A DNA stretch of 63,937 nucleotides, filler included, from Conidiobolus incongruus B7586 (taxonomy: Eukaryota): the NCBI GenBank assembly GCA_000697335.1. It is 18 parts of 18 records of this genome, joined end to end, with 100 filler letters (N's around TTAATTAATTAA, not from the genome) between each part and the next. Parts side by side here need not be neighbours in the genome. Positions count along the whole stretch, not along the records: positions 51,401 to 54,239 come from JNEM01000328.1; positions 54,340 to 56,668 come from JNEM01000329.1; positions 56,769 to 58,273 come from JNEM01000330.1; positions 58,374 to 59,826 come from JNEM01000331.1; positions 59,927 to 62,431 come from JNEM01000332.1; positions 62,532 to 63,937 come from JNEM01000335.1; 12 more parts are not named here. One strand, written 5' to 3'. The position numbers were made by a program, and so were the translations under genes. Positions 53,337 through 63,937 of this stretch are shown here, one piece after another. The notes under the pieces are model-generated. The model was not told where the DNA came from. It saw only the letters and a list, made by a program, of their open reading frames with translations, and ran no database searches. The number at the start of each line of letters is the position of its first letter. Within the stretch, counting starts at the first letter, position 1.

Positions 53337-54100
53337 TTAGTAGAAGTTTTCTTTATTTAAACAATCTAGTATAAAGTATCCTGTTTATATTTTATGATAT
53401 TTAAAGCATTTTTTGTTTTTTATCTAATATTCTCTTTTTTCTTAAGTAAAAAGCTTTAATAACTTAATATGATTAGAGTTTTTTAGTTAAGTCTTGTTTA
53501 CAAAAATTATATTTAAATTTCGTATAGATTAATAAAGTAAATTTAATCTATAATGAAACTTATGAGGTTTCTAATTGATTTTAAAAAATTTATTAATATG
53601 ATTATTATATTTATTTAGTTTAATAGCAAAGGATATAATATATTCAAAAGAATTATATTCTAAAATAATATGTTTAATAAAATTTTATTTTAAATTATGT
53701 TTTAAACTTTTAATGAAATATATATTTTTATCAAATTTATTCTTTATTAGCAGTTGGTTTTTAAAGTAATAGATATTTTCAATGAATTTATATATATATT
53801 TTTTTAAATTAGATAAAATAGTTTATTATATAAATATATTAAACTATTAGATAGATAGTACTCTTTTTTTAATTTTTTTATATGAGTTTGAAAGTTAAAA
53901 AAATTTTTTCAAGATATTCTCTAAAAGATAAAATAAGAAGCTATTGTTTATAACTTTTATACTATATAATTTTATTTTTATAAAGATATCATAATATAAT
54001 TTATAACTAAATATTAAAGTTATAATTAATATCTAAGAAATATTTTATTAAAATATATTTATATACTTGAAAAATAATAATTAGATTTTTTCTCTTAAAG
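53337..54100 (-). pseudogene. Degenerate Ty3/gypsy-like gag relic (capsid C-terminus plus zinc knuckle)
   Basis: The minus strand gives YFIKSLKH (consensus FIxGLK) and FT*EKREY*IKNKKCFKYHKI*TGYFILDCLNKENFY*. Undoing transitions and one 6-nt insertion gives LTQEERE.R.KNKK-CX2CX4HX4C. The upstream boundary is approximate. Confidence 0.55.
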
Positions 54101-54239
54101 TTTTATAGTTTTTTTAAATATTTTTTATATAAGTGTTTCACTAATATTATCTCTAACTAATATTTAACTTTTTTTAAATCAATTGTTACTAATATTTATG
54201 GTAGATATATTAAACTTAATTTATATATTTTAAGTAATA

Positions 54240-54339
54240 NNNNNNNNNNNNNNNNNNNNNNNNNNNNNNNNNNNNNNNNNNNNTTAATTAATTAANNNNN
54301 NNNNNNNNNNNNNNNNNNNNNNNNNNNNNNNNNNNNNNN
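54240..54339. other. Artificial contig-joining spacer
   Basis: N44-TTAATTAATTAA-N44. Confidence 0.98.
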
Positions 54340-55247
54340 TATTATTATAATAAAATTAATATTGAAACATATATTTTTATTATAAGCCTATAAATTTATT
54401 AAAAAGTTTGTCTTTTTTTATTTAAATACCCCATTTAACTAACGAAAAATTAAAAGTATGATTAAGTTTTATAGTTTATTTTTAATTAAAATTATTATAT
54501 AATAATATCTAATTTATAAGTTGATTAACTGATTTCAATTTTCTCTAATTTTAAAAAAATAATATTAATTTATATTATAAGATTGATGACTTGTTATAAT
54601 GAATATAACTTTAAAATGATATTAATTAATTATTCAATAAATAGATATATAAATATTCTAATCTATTTAATTATAAGATTTTGATTTATTTTAGAGTATT
54701 TAAAATTAGTAATAATAATATATTGTTTTAACCAATTAAATTATATTTATTTATATAAAAAATTTTTATATAAAGTTTAAATTAAAAATGATAATATAAA
54801 TATATTTAATATTCAAAATTATTCGATTTTAATAAAGTATTACTTAATATATTTACTTATACTAAACTTATCAAAATTAAGTTTATTAATATAGTTTTTA
54901 TTTTTTTGATAAAGGTTTGTGGTGAAATAACATATATTATCAATTATGAGTTTTATTATAATTACATTGAAATTGGTGAAATCAATTGGTTTGAGAAACA
55001 AATTGTAATGTTACCAAATATTTTATTATAGTTGAAGTTTTAAAATAGTCTGCTTCAATATTGATTTAAAGTATTATTCGAAATAATTTAAATAAGTAGC
55101 TATTAATTACTTTAGAATCAAGTTTGATATACTATATGATAATAGATCCAATATGATAAAATAATAATATTCAATTAATGGTAAATTATTAATAAATATT
55201 AATAAGTTTGGTTTATATTTCATCTTTAATAAAATGAATTCATATCC

Positions 55248-55517
55248 TTAATTAACTAACTGATTACCAACTTTTTTATTCTTAAAAACTTCAATATTTT
55301 TTTGTACGACATTCTTTCCAAAAGGTAGGATCCTATACTTAGCAAAATCCATGAATTTGCCTCGATTATTCTTAAGATATTCAAATATCTTTTGAAGCAT
55401 AGATTGAGAATTGCGGTTGCTGGGTGCTTTCTGTGCTATTACCAATACCATAAAGAAGCAAAAAATTATAGCAAAAAAGATAGCAAAGATATAGTAGGTA
55501 TTGATATTAGTAATCAT
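55248..55517 (-). CDS. Small hypothetical protein with an N-terminal transmembrane helix, 89 aa
   Basis: ATG-TAA ORF with YYIFAIFFAIIFCFFMVLVIA followed by a basic, amphipathic tail. Locally higher GC with retained CpG. No family recognised. Confidence 0.6.
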   Translation of the reverse strand: MITNINTYYIFAIFFAIIFCFFMVLVIAQKAPSNRNSQSMLQKIFEYLKNNRGKFMDFAKYRILPFGKNVVQKNIEVFKNKKVGNQLVN

Positions 55518-56668
55518 TTATATAAATATAACAGTTGAGTATTTTAAACTTGATAACTATAGATATGTAATTTATATAAAAAATGATAATTAGAACTTTA
55601 ATATAGCTCAAAATAACTAAAAAATTATCTATATACAATCACTCAAAAATATACTTAAATATGAAAATCTTATATATTATTTTATAGCATAATTGGTTTA
55701 TATTTTGGGCTAACCTCAAATTTCAAAAACTTAATAGATAAGCTAATACAATCCTTGACTTTTTATAAAATTATTATTATCAAATTTTTTTAATAACTTT
55801 AAAATTTATATTTATAATAATGATATACTTTAAATCTTAAATTTGAAAAAATAATTGATATGATTTAATTATTTAATTAAAGCTTTTTTTAATATTTTTA
55901 TTGAGTAGAAAATTTCAAGGATAATTAAATATATTAATTTATAAGTTCAAACTTTTTAATATCTTTTGTTATTATTTATATATATATAAATATATTTAAA
56001 ATAAAATATTAAATTATTTTAATAATATAAATAACATTAAAGATAAAAAACCTTATTAACCATATAAAAAACTATGGTTACTATTCTGAGTTAAAAAATT
56101 ATAATATAAAATATCCATTTTATAAATTATTTAATTTTGTCATTTCCTTTGATGAATTACTTCTGTCTATTAATATCAACAAAAAAATTTAATATAAGAT
56201 TATAATAAATAAACCAATAAACATCATTAATTATATTTATTAAATAATATACCAACTCAAAGTTTTCTTATTAAACTCTTATATAATATTATTTTCATTA
56301 TTTGAAAAACCTAATTTATATTATATTATTTTATTTTTTAAATTATTTTAATTTTAAATTTATAATAAACTTTAATTTACCAATATTTATTATATATTTT
56401 ATTTATAAAAATCATTTTCTTTTTTCTTAAATAATTTTTTAATTATTAATATTCTTTAAAAGTTTTTATATCTTTAATATTTTATTATTAAAAAATAAAA
56501 TTTTAATAGTTATAATTTTAATAATAAGTTGATATACAATAATACCAACTTTTAAAATATTAGTTATTAAATTTGATAATTTTTTTTTATTAATTTGTAT
56601 TTAAATATTAAAATTTTATATTAATTATAATTAATAAACTAATCCAAAATATATCATAAAATAATAAA

Positions 56669-56768
56669 NNNNNNNNNNNNNNNNNNNNNNNNNNNNNNNN
56701 NNNNNNNNNNNNTTAATTAATTAANNNNNNNNNNNNNNNNNNNNNNNNNNNNNNNNNNNNNNNNNNNN
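56669..56768. other. Artificial contig-joining spacer
   Basis: N44-TTAATTAATTAA-N44. Confidence 0.98.
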
Positions 56769-57776
56769 AGTAAAATTGATGAGTTATTAACTTTTGGTTA
56801 AATGAATTAAAAGTGATAATATAATAATATTTAAAAAATAAAAAATACTTCTTTTATAAGATAATAATTTTTTATTTAATTTAGTTATTAAAATATATTT
56901 TATTAAAAAATTAAAATTAATTATTTGATATAATATTAATATACAACTTTTAAAAATATAAAATTTTAAAATATATTCAATATATAATAATATGAAAAAA
57001 TAAAAATATCAAATTAAAATTTATCATTTTATTAATTTATTATTAGTAATATTAATTAAAAATAATTATATATATTAAAAACTGAAATAAATTAAGTCAT
57101 GCTTATATAATTAAATAGTTAAATAATTGTAATAAAGTTAATATAGAATTTTAAATTATATTGCAGGAATTACGAAATAAAATAAATATTATTAAAATAT
57201 GCTCTATATGTGAAATATACTATTTATATTCATTTAAAAAATAAATATGTATATTTAAATTGAAAAGAATTTATACTATTCAAGTCTTCATTGTACTCTA
57301 TATATTAATGTTATATAATTCTTCGCTTTGCCATAAAATTAATACGATCATTTTAAAACTCTAGAATTAAATGAGAATTAAATTCGTATTAAATAAAATT
57401 AATTTATAAGGACCATTATAATAAAGTAAGAATGTTTAATAATTTATATTTAATAAAAGAAAATATTTGTTTAATTTTTAATAAATAAAACAATTGTTGA
57501 ATTATAGAATTTAATATATTAAATATTAAGCTAATACCAATGTTTATTTCAGATATATGATTAAATATAAAGCAATTATTAAATAATGTTATTTGTTTTA
57601 TATAATTTAAATCATATAAAGTTAGATTTAATTAAATATTCTATTATTTATATTTTCATTAGATTTTAATGTTAGCTAAAATAACAACCAAGATCTTTTA
57701 AGTTATTTAAAAAATTAATAATTATATATATATTTTATCAAATCACTATTATTAAATATTTATTGATTTTATTACT

Positions 57777-58273
57777 TATTAATATATTAATTAAACAATG
57801 GAATGATTTTAAAATTAAAATTAAATAAAAATATTAATATATAGTTTATAGAATTTATTACATAATATAAAACTAATATTCAGATTTATTTTTAATAACT
57901 TTTTACCATACTTTTAATAAGGTTTTAATATTTTAAAATGGTCTTTTTATAAAGGACTGATATTCATTATTTTATAAACCAATTTAATTTATTTGTAAAA
58001 ATTTTTTTCTTATAAATATATTTTTTAATTATGATAAATAATTATAATTGTATAGGTGAATATTAGGAGAATATATTAGATATGGTAATATTTTTCAGTT
58101 TTTTTATAGAAATTTTTTTATAAGTTTAATATTATATATTTTATAATTATTATTTAAAATAATAGGTAATTTTAATTTATATTAAGAATACCAATTAAAA
58201 AATATTTTATTAAATAGAATATAATATTTATTATCAATTAGTTAATTTTTCAAAATTTAATAAAAATACTAAA
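57777..58273 (-). mobile_element. Degenerate 3' part of a mariner (DD34D) element, cut by the contig end
   Basis: The minus strand gives LPYLIYSPNIHLYNYNYLS*LK (from LPHP.YSPD..PCDYNC..QLK) and VW*KVI. Homologous to 33822-34198. Confidence 0.65.
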
Positions 58274-58373
58274 NNNNNNNNNNNNNNNNNNNNNNNNNNN
58301 NNNNNNNNNNNNNNNNNTTAATTAATTAANNNNNNNNNNNNNNNNNNNNNNNNNNNNNNNNNNNNNNNNNNNN
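58274..58373. other. Artificial contig-joining spacer
   Basis: N44-TTAATTAATTAA-N44. Confidence 0.98.
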
Positions 58374-59826
58374 AATAGGTTTTATTTAATTATATTTAAT
58401 ATATTATTGGTTAATATATCAAATCTTAAATTTTAAATAGGGTGAGTTATAAATTTACAAGTTTAACAGTTAAAAGGGTATATAAAACAAAAATTACTTA
58501 AATCTTTTTTTCTTTTATTAAATTATATATATATATACACTAATATTATTATTGTAAATTATTATTTTAAATAATATTAGTATTAAATTGCCTAAATCCC
58601 TCTTTAAAAAGATTCATTTATATATTAATTAACTCTATAGTAAAGGTAAATCAACTTATAAAATTGCTGGAATTACTAATGCTAGTTAATTTACTATAGT
58701 TAAGGCTGTTAAAAGTTATGGTAAAAATATATCTAAACTTAAACTTAAGTATATTAGGATTATAGATAAATATGATAAAAGGTATATTTGTAGGTTAGTT
58801 AATACTGATAAGTGTAATATTGTTATAGAAGTATAAAAAGAATTACAAGACTATGCAGGAATATTAGTTAATACTGATATTATTATATATGCTTTATATT
58901 ATAATAGATACCACTTACATCTTAAGAAAAAATATTCTTAACTAAAAAAGTCTCATTATAAAGCTAGGTGGGAGTTTAAATATCATTATTAAAGTTAAAC
59001 TAAAACTAATTAGAGTAAGATTATTTAGTTTAATAAAACAAAAATATATCTTAGTAAATCTAATGGAAAAGCTAGATATTTCAGAAAAAACAAAAAACTA
59101 CTTTATAAGCATTATGTTATTTTAACCTAAATTTATAATAATAGGTTAATTATAGTTTAGGGATATATGTTATCTTCTAGTGTAAGATATCTTTATAAAG
59201 TTCATAGTGGAATTAATGTTGAGATATATTAAAATATTCTAAATAATGAATTAAAAAAATATTGAATAATATAGGTTAAATAAATCAGATGTTATTTTCT
59301 AACAAGGTAATGCCTTTTATTATACTGCTATTTCTACTACCAAATAGTTTAAAAATAATAAAATAATAGTTATGAAGTATCTTCCTCAATCTTTTAACTT
59401 TAATCTAATTAAACATCTTTGGCATTAGTTAAAAAAACAATTAAAGCTTTCCTATCAACAAAAAATTTAAATGAGCTTTAAAAATATATTTAAGAAACTT
59501 AAAATAAAATTAATCCTCCCTAATATAAGAAGTTAGTTGACTTTATACCTTATAAACTTAAAGAAGTTAAGAAAGCAAAAGTTAGATATACTAAGTTTTA
59601 ATTTTATTTCTATAATCAAAATACACAAATTTATAACTTATTTTAGATAAAATTTAAATTTTATTATATCAACTAAAAGTTAAATATAATTAGAACAAAT
59701 ATACTTAATTATAAATAAATAATATAAGTTTATTATATATCTTAATTTGACTTAATTTGATTAAGAATAAATAGAGTTATTGATAATAATATATATAATT
59801 ATAATTTTATGACTTATTTTTATAGG
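58374..59826 (+). mobile_element. Tc1-family (DD34E) DNA transposon, copy B, transposase pseudogene about 58588-59601
   Basis: Fills the whole contig. Translation: PKSL..., *SKII*FNKTK (WSKIIWSDETK), YNNRLIIV*G (HGGGSIMVWG), F*QGNA..YTA (FQQDNA..HTA), PQSFNFNLIKHLW (PQSPDFNPIEHLW), LVDFIPYKLKEVKKAK..YTKF*. There are 34 codons between the second D and the E position. Confidence 0.92.
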
Positions 59827-59926
59827 NNNNNNNNNNNNNNNNNNNNNNNNNNNNNNNNNNNNNNNNNNNNTTAATTAATTAANNNNNNNNNNNNNNNNNN
59901 NNNNNNNNNNNNNNNNNNNNNNNNNN
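59827..59926. other. Artificial contig-joining spacer
   Basis: N44-TTAATTAATTAA-N44. Confidence 0.98.
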
Positions 59927-59942
59927 ATATAATATATAAATA

Positions 59943-61512
59943 TATTAGCTTATAAAGATGAGTCATAAAATTAAAAATATAAATATTTCTATTAATATAT
60001 TGATCAATTCTAATATAAAAAAATTTATATTAAACTTTGAAATTAATATATATTTTTTATTTATAATATAATATATAAAGTTAAATTTAATTAATTATTA
60101 ATTAATATATTAAAACTGAGAATATATTTGAAATAATTAAATAAATTTGTGGGTTTTAGTATTGATAGAAAAATTAATATCTAATATATCTACTATTTGC
60201 TTTTTTAACTTCTTTAGGTTTGTGGGGTATAAAGTTAACTAGCTTCTTATATTAAACAAGACTAATATTATTCTAAGCTTCTTGAATATACTCTTAAAGT
60301 TAATCTAAATTTTTTACTAGAGGGAAAACTTTAAATGATTTTTTTAGTTAATCCTAAAAATATTTAATTAGGTTAAAATTAAAAGATTAAGTTGGTTATT
60401 TCATAATAATTATTTTGTTTTTTTAAGTTATTTAATAGTAAAATTTATAATATAGCAAAATGTATTATCTTGTTAGAAAATATTATTTGATTTATTTAAC
60501 CTATATTATTAAATAATTAATTTCAATTTATTGTTTAGAATACTTTAGTATATTTTAACATTAATTTCCCTATTAACCTTACAAAGATACCTTACACCTA
60601 AAGATAATATTTATCCTTAAACTATAATTAACCTATTATTATATTTTTAGGTTATAATAATATTATGGTTATAAAATAATTTTTTATCTTTTTTTGAAAT
60701 ATCTAGCTTTTTTTATTAAATCTATTAAAATATATTTTTGTTTTATTAAACTAAAAAACTTTATTTTAGTAAGTTTTAGTTTAACTTTATTATTGGTATT
60801 TAAACTCTTGCTTAACTTTATAATAGGATTTTTTTAATTGGGGGTGTTTTTTCTTAAAATATAAGTGATATCTATTCTAATATAAAATATATATAATAGT
60901 ATTAATATTAATTAATATTCTTATATAATCTTGTAATTCTTGCTATACTTTTATAATAATATTATATTTACCTATATTAACTAATTTACAAATATACTTT
61001 TTATCATACTTATCTATAATTTTTATAGACTTAAGTTTTAATTTAGGTGTTTCTTTAGCATTGTTCTTAATAACCCTGGTTATAGTAGAATATCTAATAC
61101 CATTAATTCTAGTAATCTCACAAATTGATTTATTTTTAATATAAAGTTGATTAATATATAACTGAATTTTTTTAGAGAAAGATTTAAATATTATAATATT
61201 AATTTTAAAATATTAGCTTAATAGTTTTATAATATATATAATATAATAAGAGAAAAAGAAGATATATATAAGTTTTATTATTTATACCCCCTTAATATAT
61301 AAATTATCAATTTATAACTCACCTTGGTTAAATTTTGAGTTTTGATATATTAACCAATAGTTAAAGGAAAATAATCAAATATAGTTAATTATAATTAACT
61401 AATATAAGTAAATTATATATTTTAATTTAAATTTATTTAATTAAGAATTATTTAAAATATTAGTAAATATATAAATAATTTTGATTTTATAACTTATTTT
61501 TGAAGGCTAATA
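59943..61512 (-). mobile_element. Tc1-family (DD34E) DNA transposon, copy C, full length (1570 bp), transposase pseudogene about 60174-61191
   Basis: Both ends are present: TA|TATTAGCTTATAAAGATGAGTCATAAAATT ... GATTTTATAACTTATTTTTGAAGGCTAATA|TA, with TA target-site duplications. The interior is homologous to copies A and B and ends KANSRYIRY* (KANGGYTRY*). Confidence 0.9.
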
Positions 61513-61560
61513 TATATATATAATTGCAAATTATATAATTTCCTATATATTTTGTATATA

Positions 61561-61635
61561 TTTTATTATTCAAAACTAATAATTAATTTGAAAAATCAGA
61601 AATTAAAATACCTTCCTTTTTTATTCTAAGATATA
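61561..61635. repeat. Short dispersed repeat (same family as 13711-13782 and 29631-29705)
   Basis: ttcaaaactaataattaatttgaaaaatcagaaattaaaataccttccttttttattctaag. Confidence 0.5.
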
Positions 61636-62431
61636 ATAAATTTTACCAATTTATTAAATTTTATTAAATTTTAAAAAATATCAATTATTATCAAATTTTA
61701 TTATATTTTATTTAATAATAATTTCAATTAATATATTAATGTATAATTAAGAAATAATATTATTTTGATTAAAAATAATAAAATACAAAAATTTATATAT
61801 ATAAAAAAGTTTTCTAATTAAAATATTTAAATATTAATATAATTTTAACTATATTCCCTAGAATATAGTTTGAATAATTATAATTATTTTGAACAAATAA
61901 AAAAACCTTATAAAAAACTAATATAAAGAATTTTATTATTTTATTAATTATTAAGTTTATATTTATAATAGGTTATTAATTAATATCAAGGATTGGGTAA
62001 ATAATTTAATACTATTCTTGCTGGCTATACCAAGGAACAAGGATGAGTACTAGTAAAATGGATTGCTTATTATTTATCAATATCCATAATATTTCCAACC
62101 AAGGATTAAAAAGATAAAATATTTTCTTGGTTCTTGATTTATTTACTATTTGATAAATAATAAAGATTTACGTGATTAAATTGATATATAATAGAAATTA
62201 ATAACTTTAATATGATATTTGTAATTAAGATTATATATCCATAATATTTCATAGATTATAACTTATCTTCTCAATAGTTAAAGTTTATCAATATTAAGAT
62301 AACAATTATTGATAATTAGTGAGACTTTGTATATATAAGTAAAATAAAAATAATGATAATATCAAATGATATTTTGAAATTAACTTGATTATCAAAATAC
62401 TTATTGGTAATATTTATTATATAAACAAATT

Positions 62432-62531
62432 NNNNNNNNNNNNNNNNNNNNNNNNNNNNNNNNNNNNNNNNNNNNTTAATTAATTAANNNNNNNNNNNNN
62501 NNNNNNNNNNNNNNNNNNNNNNNNNNNNNNN
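62432..62531. other. Artificial contig-joining spacer
   Basis: N44-TTAATTAATTAA-N44. Confidence 0.98.
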
Positions 62532-63641
62532 AATCATTAAAAGTTTTTTATTTTAGTATTAATAAAACTTAACCATAAATCTTCTAAAATTATTTAAAAT
62601 TTACAAGTAGCTTTTAGTAATAAAGCATTATTTAAATTAATAATTTATCACTAGGTAAATTATTTTAAAGCTAAGAGAGAAATTATCTAAAACTTATTAA
62701 AATTTAAAAAACTAACTTCAACTATTATTTTTTAAATTATTAATAAAGTGAAAAAATATATTGAAAAGTATCTTTTTATTTCAACTAGAGTACTATCTAA
62801 GCACTTTAATATTAGTCTTATAAGTATTTTATATATATTAAAATTTAAACTCAAATTAATAAACAAAAATATAAAATGGGTATCTTAAAATTTAAATAAA
62901 GCTTAAAAAAAGTTAGAGTAGTTATTGTTAAATAAAACTTATTAAAATATTACTAGAAGCTTAAACTTTTATAATAAATAATTATAATTGATAAATCTTA
63001 GATCCTTATATATAATTCTTTATTAAAATATAAATCAAGATGTTAGATTAAGCTAAATCAACCCTCTTTATAAATCCCTTTAAATAAATATTTTATTAAT
63101 AAACAAATATTAATTATTGTAATAGATTAAAATAATATATGTTACTTTTATTTAGTTCCTGAAGGAAAATTAATTAATAGTAAATTTTATATTGCTTTTT
63201 TAAATAAAAGTATTTTAAATTGGTATTCTTAATATAATTTGAGAAAACCTATTATTTTATATAATAATTATCAAATACATAAATTTAAAGCTATAAAAAA
63301 CTTTTTAATTAAAAATAACTTGAAAAAACTACCACATCTAGTGTATTCTTTAGATTATAACCTATGTGATTATAATTGCTTTAGGTAATTAAAAAACTAG
63401 CTTATAGGAAAGAAAATTTTTATAAGAAAATTTAATTAGTTTGTAAAATATCAAATTTCAGTCTTTAATAAAAAAAATTATTTTTTAGGTGTTAGATTTT
63501 TATCAAAAGTATAGCAAAAAATTATTAATAATAAAAGAAACTATTAAATTTATATTATATATTTATTTTTATATATTATATTAAAATATTTATTTATTTT
63601 GAATTACAAAAAATTCCCATTATTAAAAATATAGAGTAATA
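62532..63641 (+). mobile_element. Mariner (DD34D) element, 5'-truncated by the contig start, transposase pseudogene ending at 63547
   Basis: LQVAFSNKALFKLIIYH*VNYFK (HTH), KWVS*NL (WVPxNL), IIIDKS*I (first D), PIILYNN (HDN) and KLPHLVYSLDYNLCDYNCFR (YSPD..P.D). Exactly 34 codons lie between the second and third Asp positions. The 3' terminus is shared with 25201-25313 and 31560-31595. Confidence 0.88.
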
Positions 63642-63937
63642 TGAAATTAAAAAATACACTCAAAAATAACCATGAATTCTAATTAAAAAATTATCTAAAT
63701 TATGAATATCAATTATATATATATTAGTATTTTTAATTAAATTAATTAATTAAATTATTAAATAATTTCTATATAATTTAATAAATAATAAAAATCCAAA
63801 ATAATTATAATTAAACAAAAATTATTGAAATAAAACAAAAAACTAAGGTTATTATATTCAATTAATTTAATAAAAAAGATATTGAATTTTTTTATTTGAT
63901 ATTTTATTAAAAAATAAAATAAATTATTTAATTAATA

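Noticed and set aside
58374..61512. Tc1 copies B and C forming a tail-to-tail inverted pair or composite transposon
   Set aside because: They are on different contigs separated by an artificial spacer.
7233..62531. Regularly recurring TTAATTAATTAA as a biological repeat or CRISPR-like array
   Set aside because: Always embedded in exactly 44+44 Ns; it is a synthetic six-frame-stop linker.

Overview
Very AT-rich eukaryotic DNA. It is fungal by its short (48-63 nt) GT-AG introns and gene families, and I infer an early-diverging Entomophthorales/Conidiobolus-like fungus (Zoopagomycota). The window is not one locus: it is 18 small contigs joined by 17 identical artificial 100-nt spacers (N44-TTAATTAATTAA-N44), so gene neighbourhood across spacers means nothing. 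Genes are sparse: a cAMP-receptor/Git3-like 7TM GPCR, a second 7TM protein, a 5'-truncated third GPCR-like gene, a homeodomain factor, a WCPPC nucleoredoxin-like protein with an N-terminal CX4C tail, a spliced GH5 EGCrP/Egh1-type glycosidase, a three-exon URM1 and two small single-pass membrane proteins. Much of the apparent AT desert is decayed repeat: three copies of a DD34E Tc1 element with about 200-bp IR/DR-type termini, six pieces of DD34D mariner elements, a Ty3/gypsy gag relic, a probable solo LTR and a tRNA-Phe pseudogene. The most striking signal is the directional C->T / G->A erosion of these repeats. Copies were hit independently and often at CpA/TpG, which resembles repeat-induced point mutation (RIP) in a lineage outside the Dikarya; genome-wide AT-biased mutation is the competing explanation.
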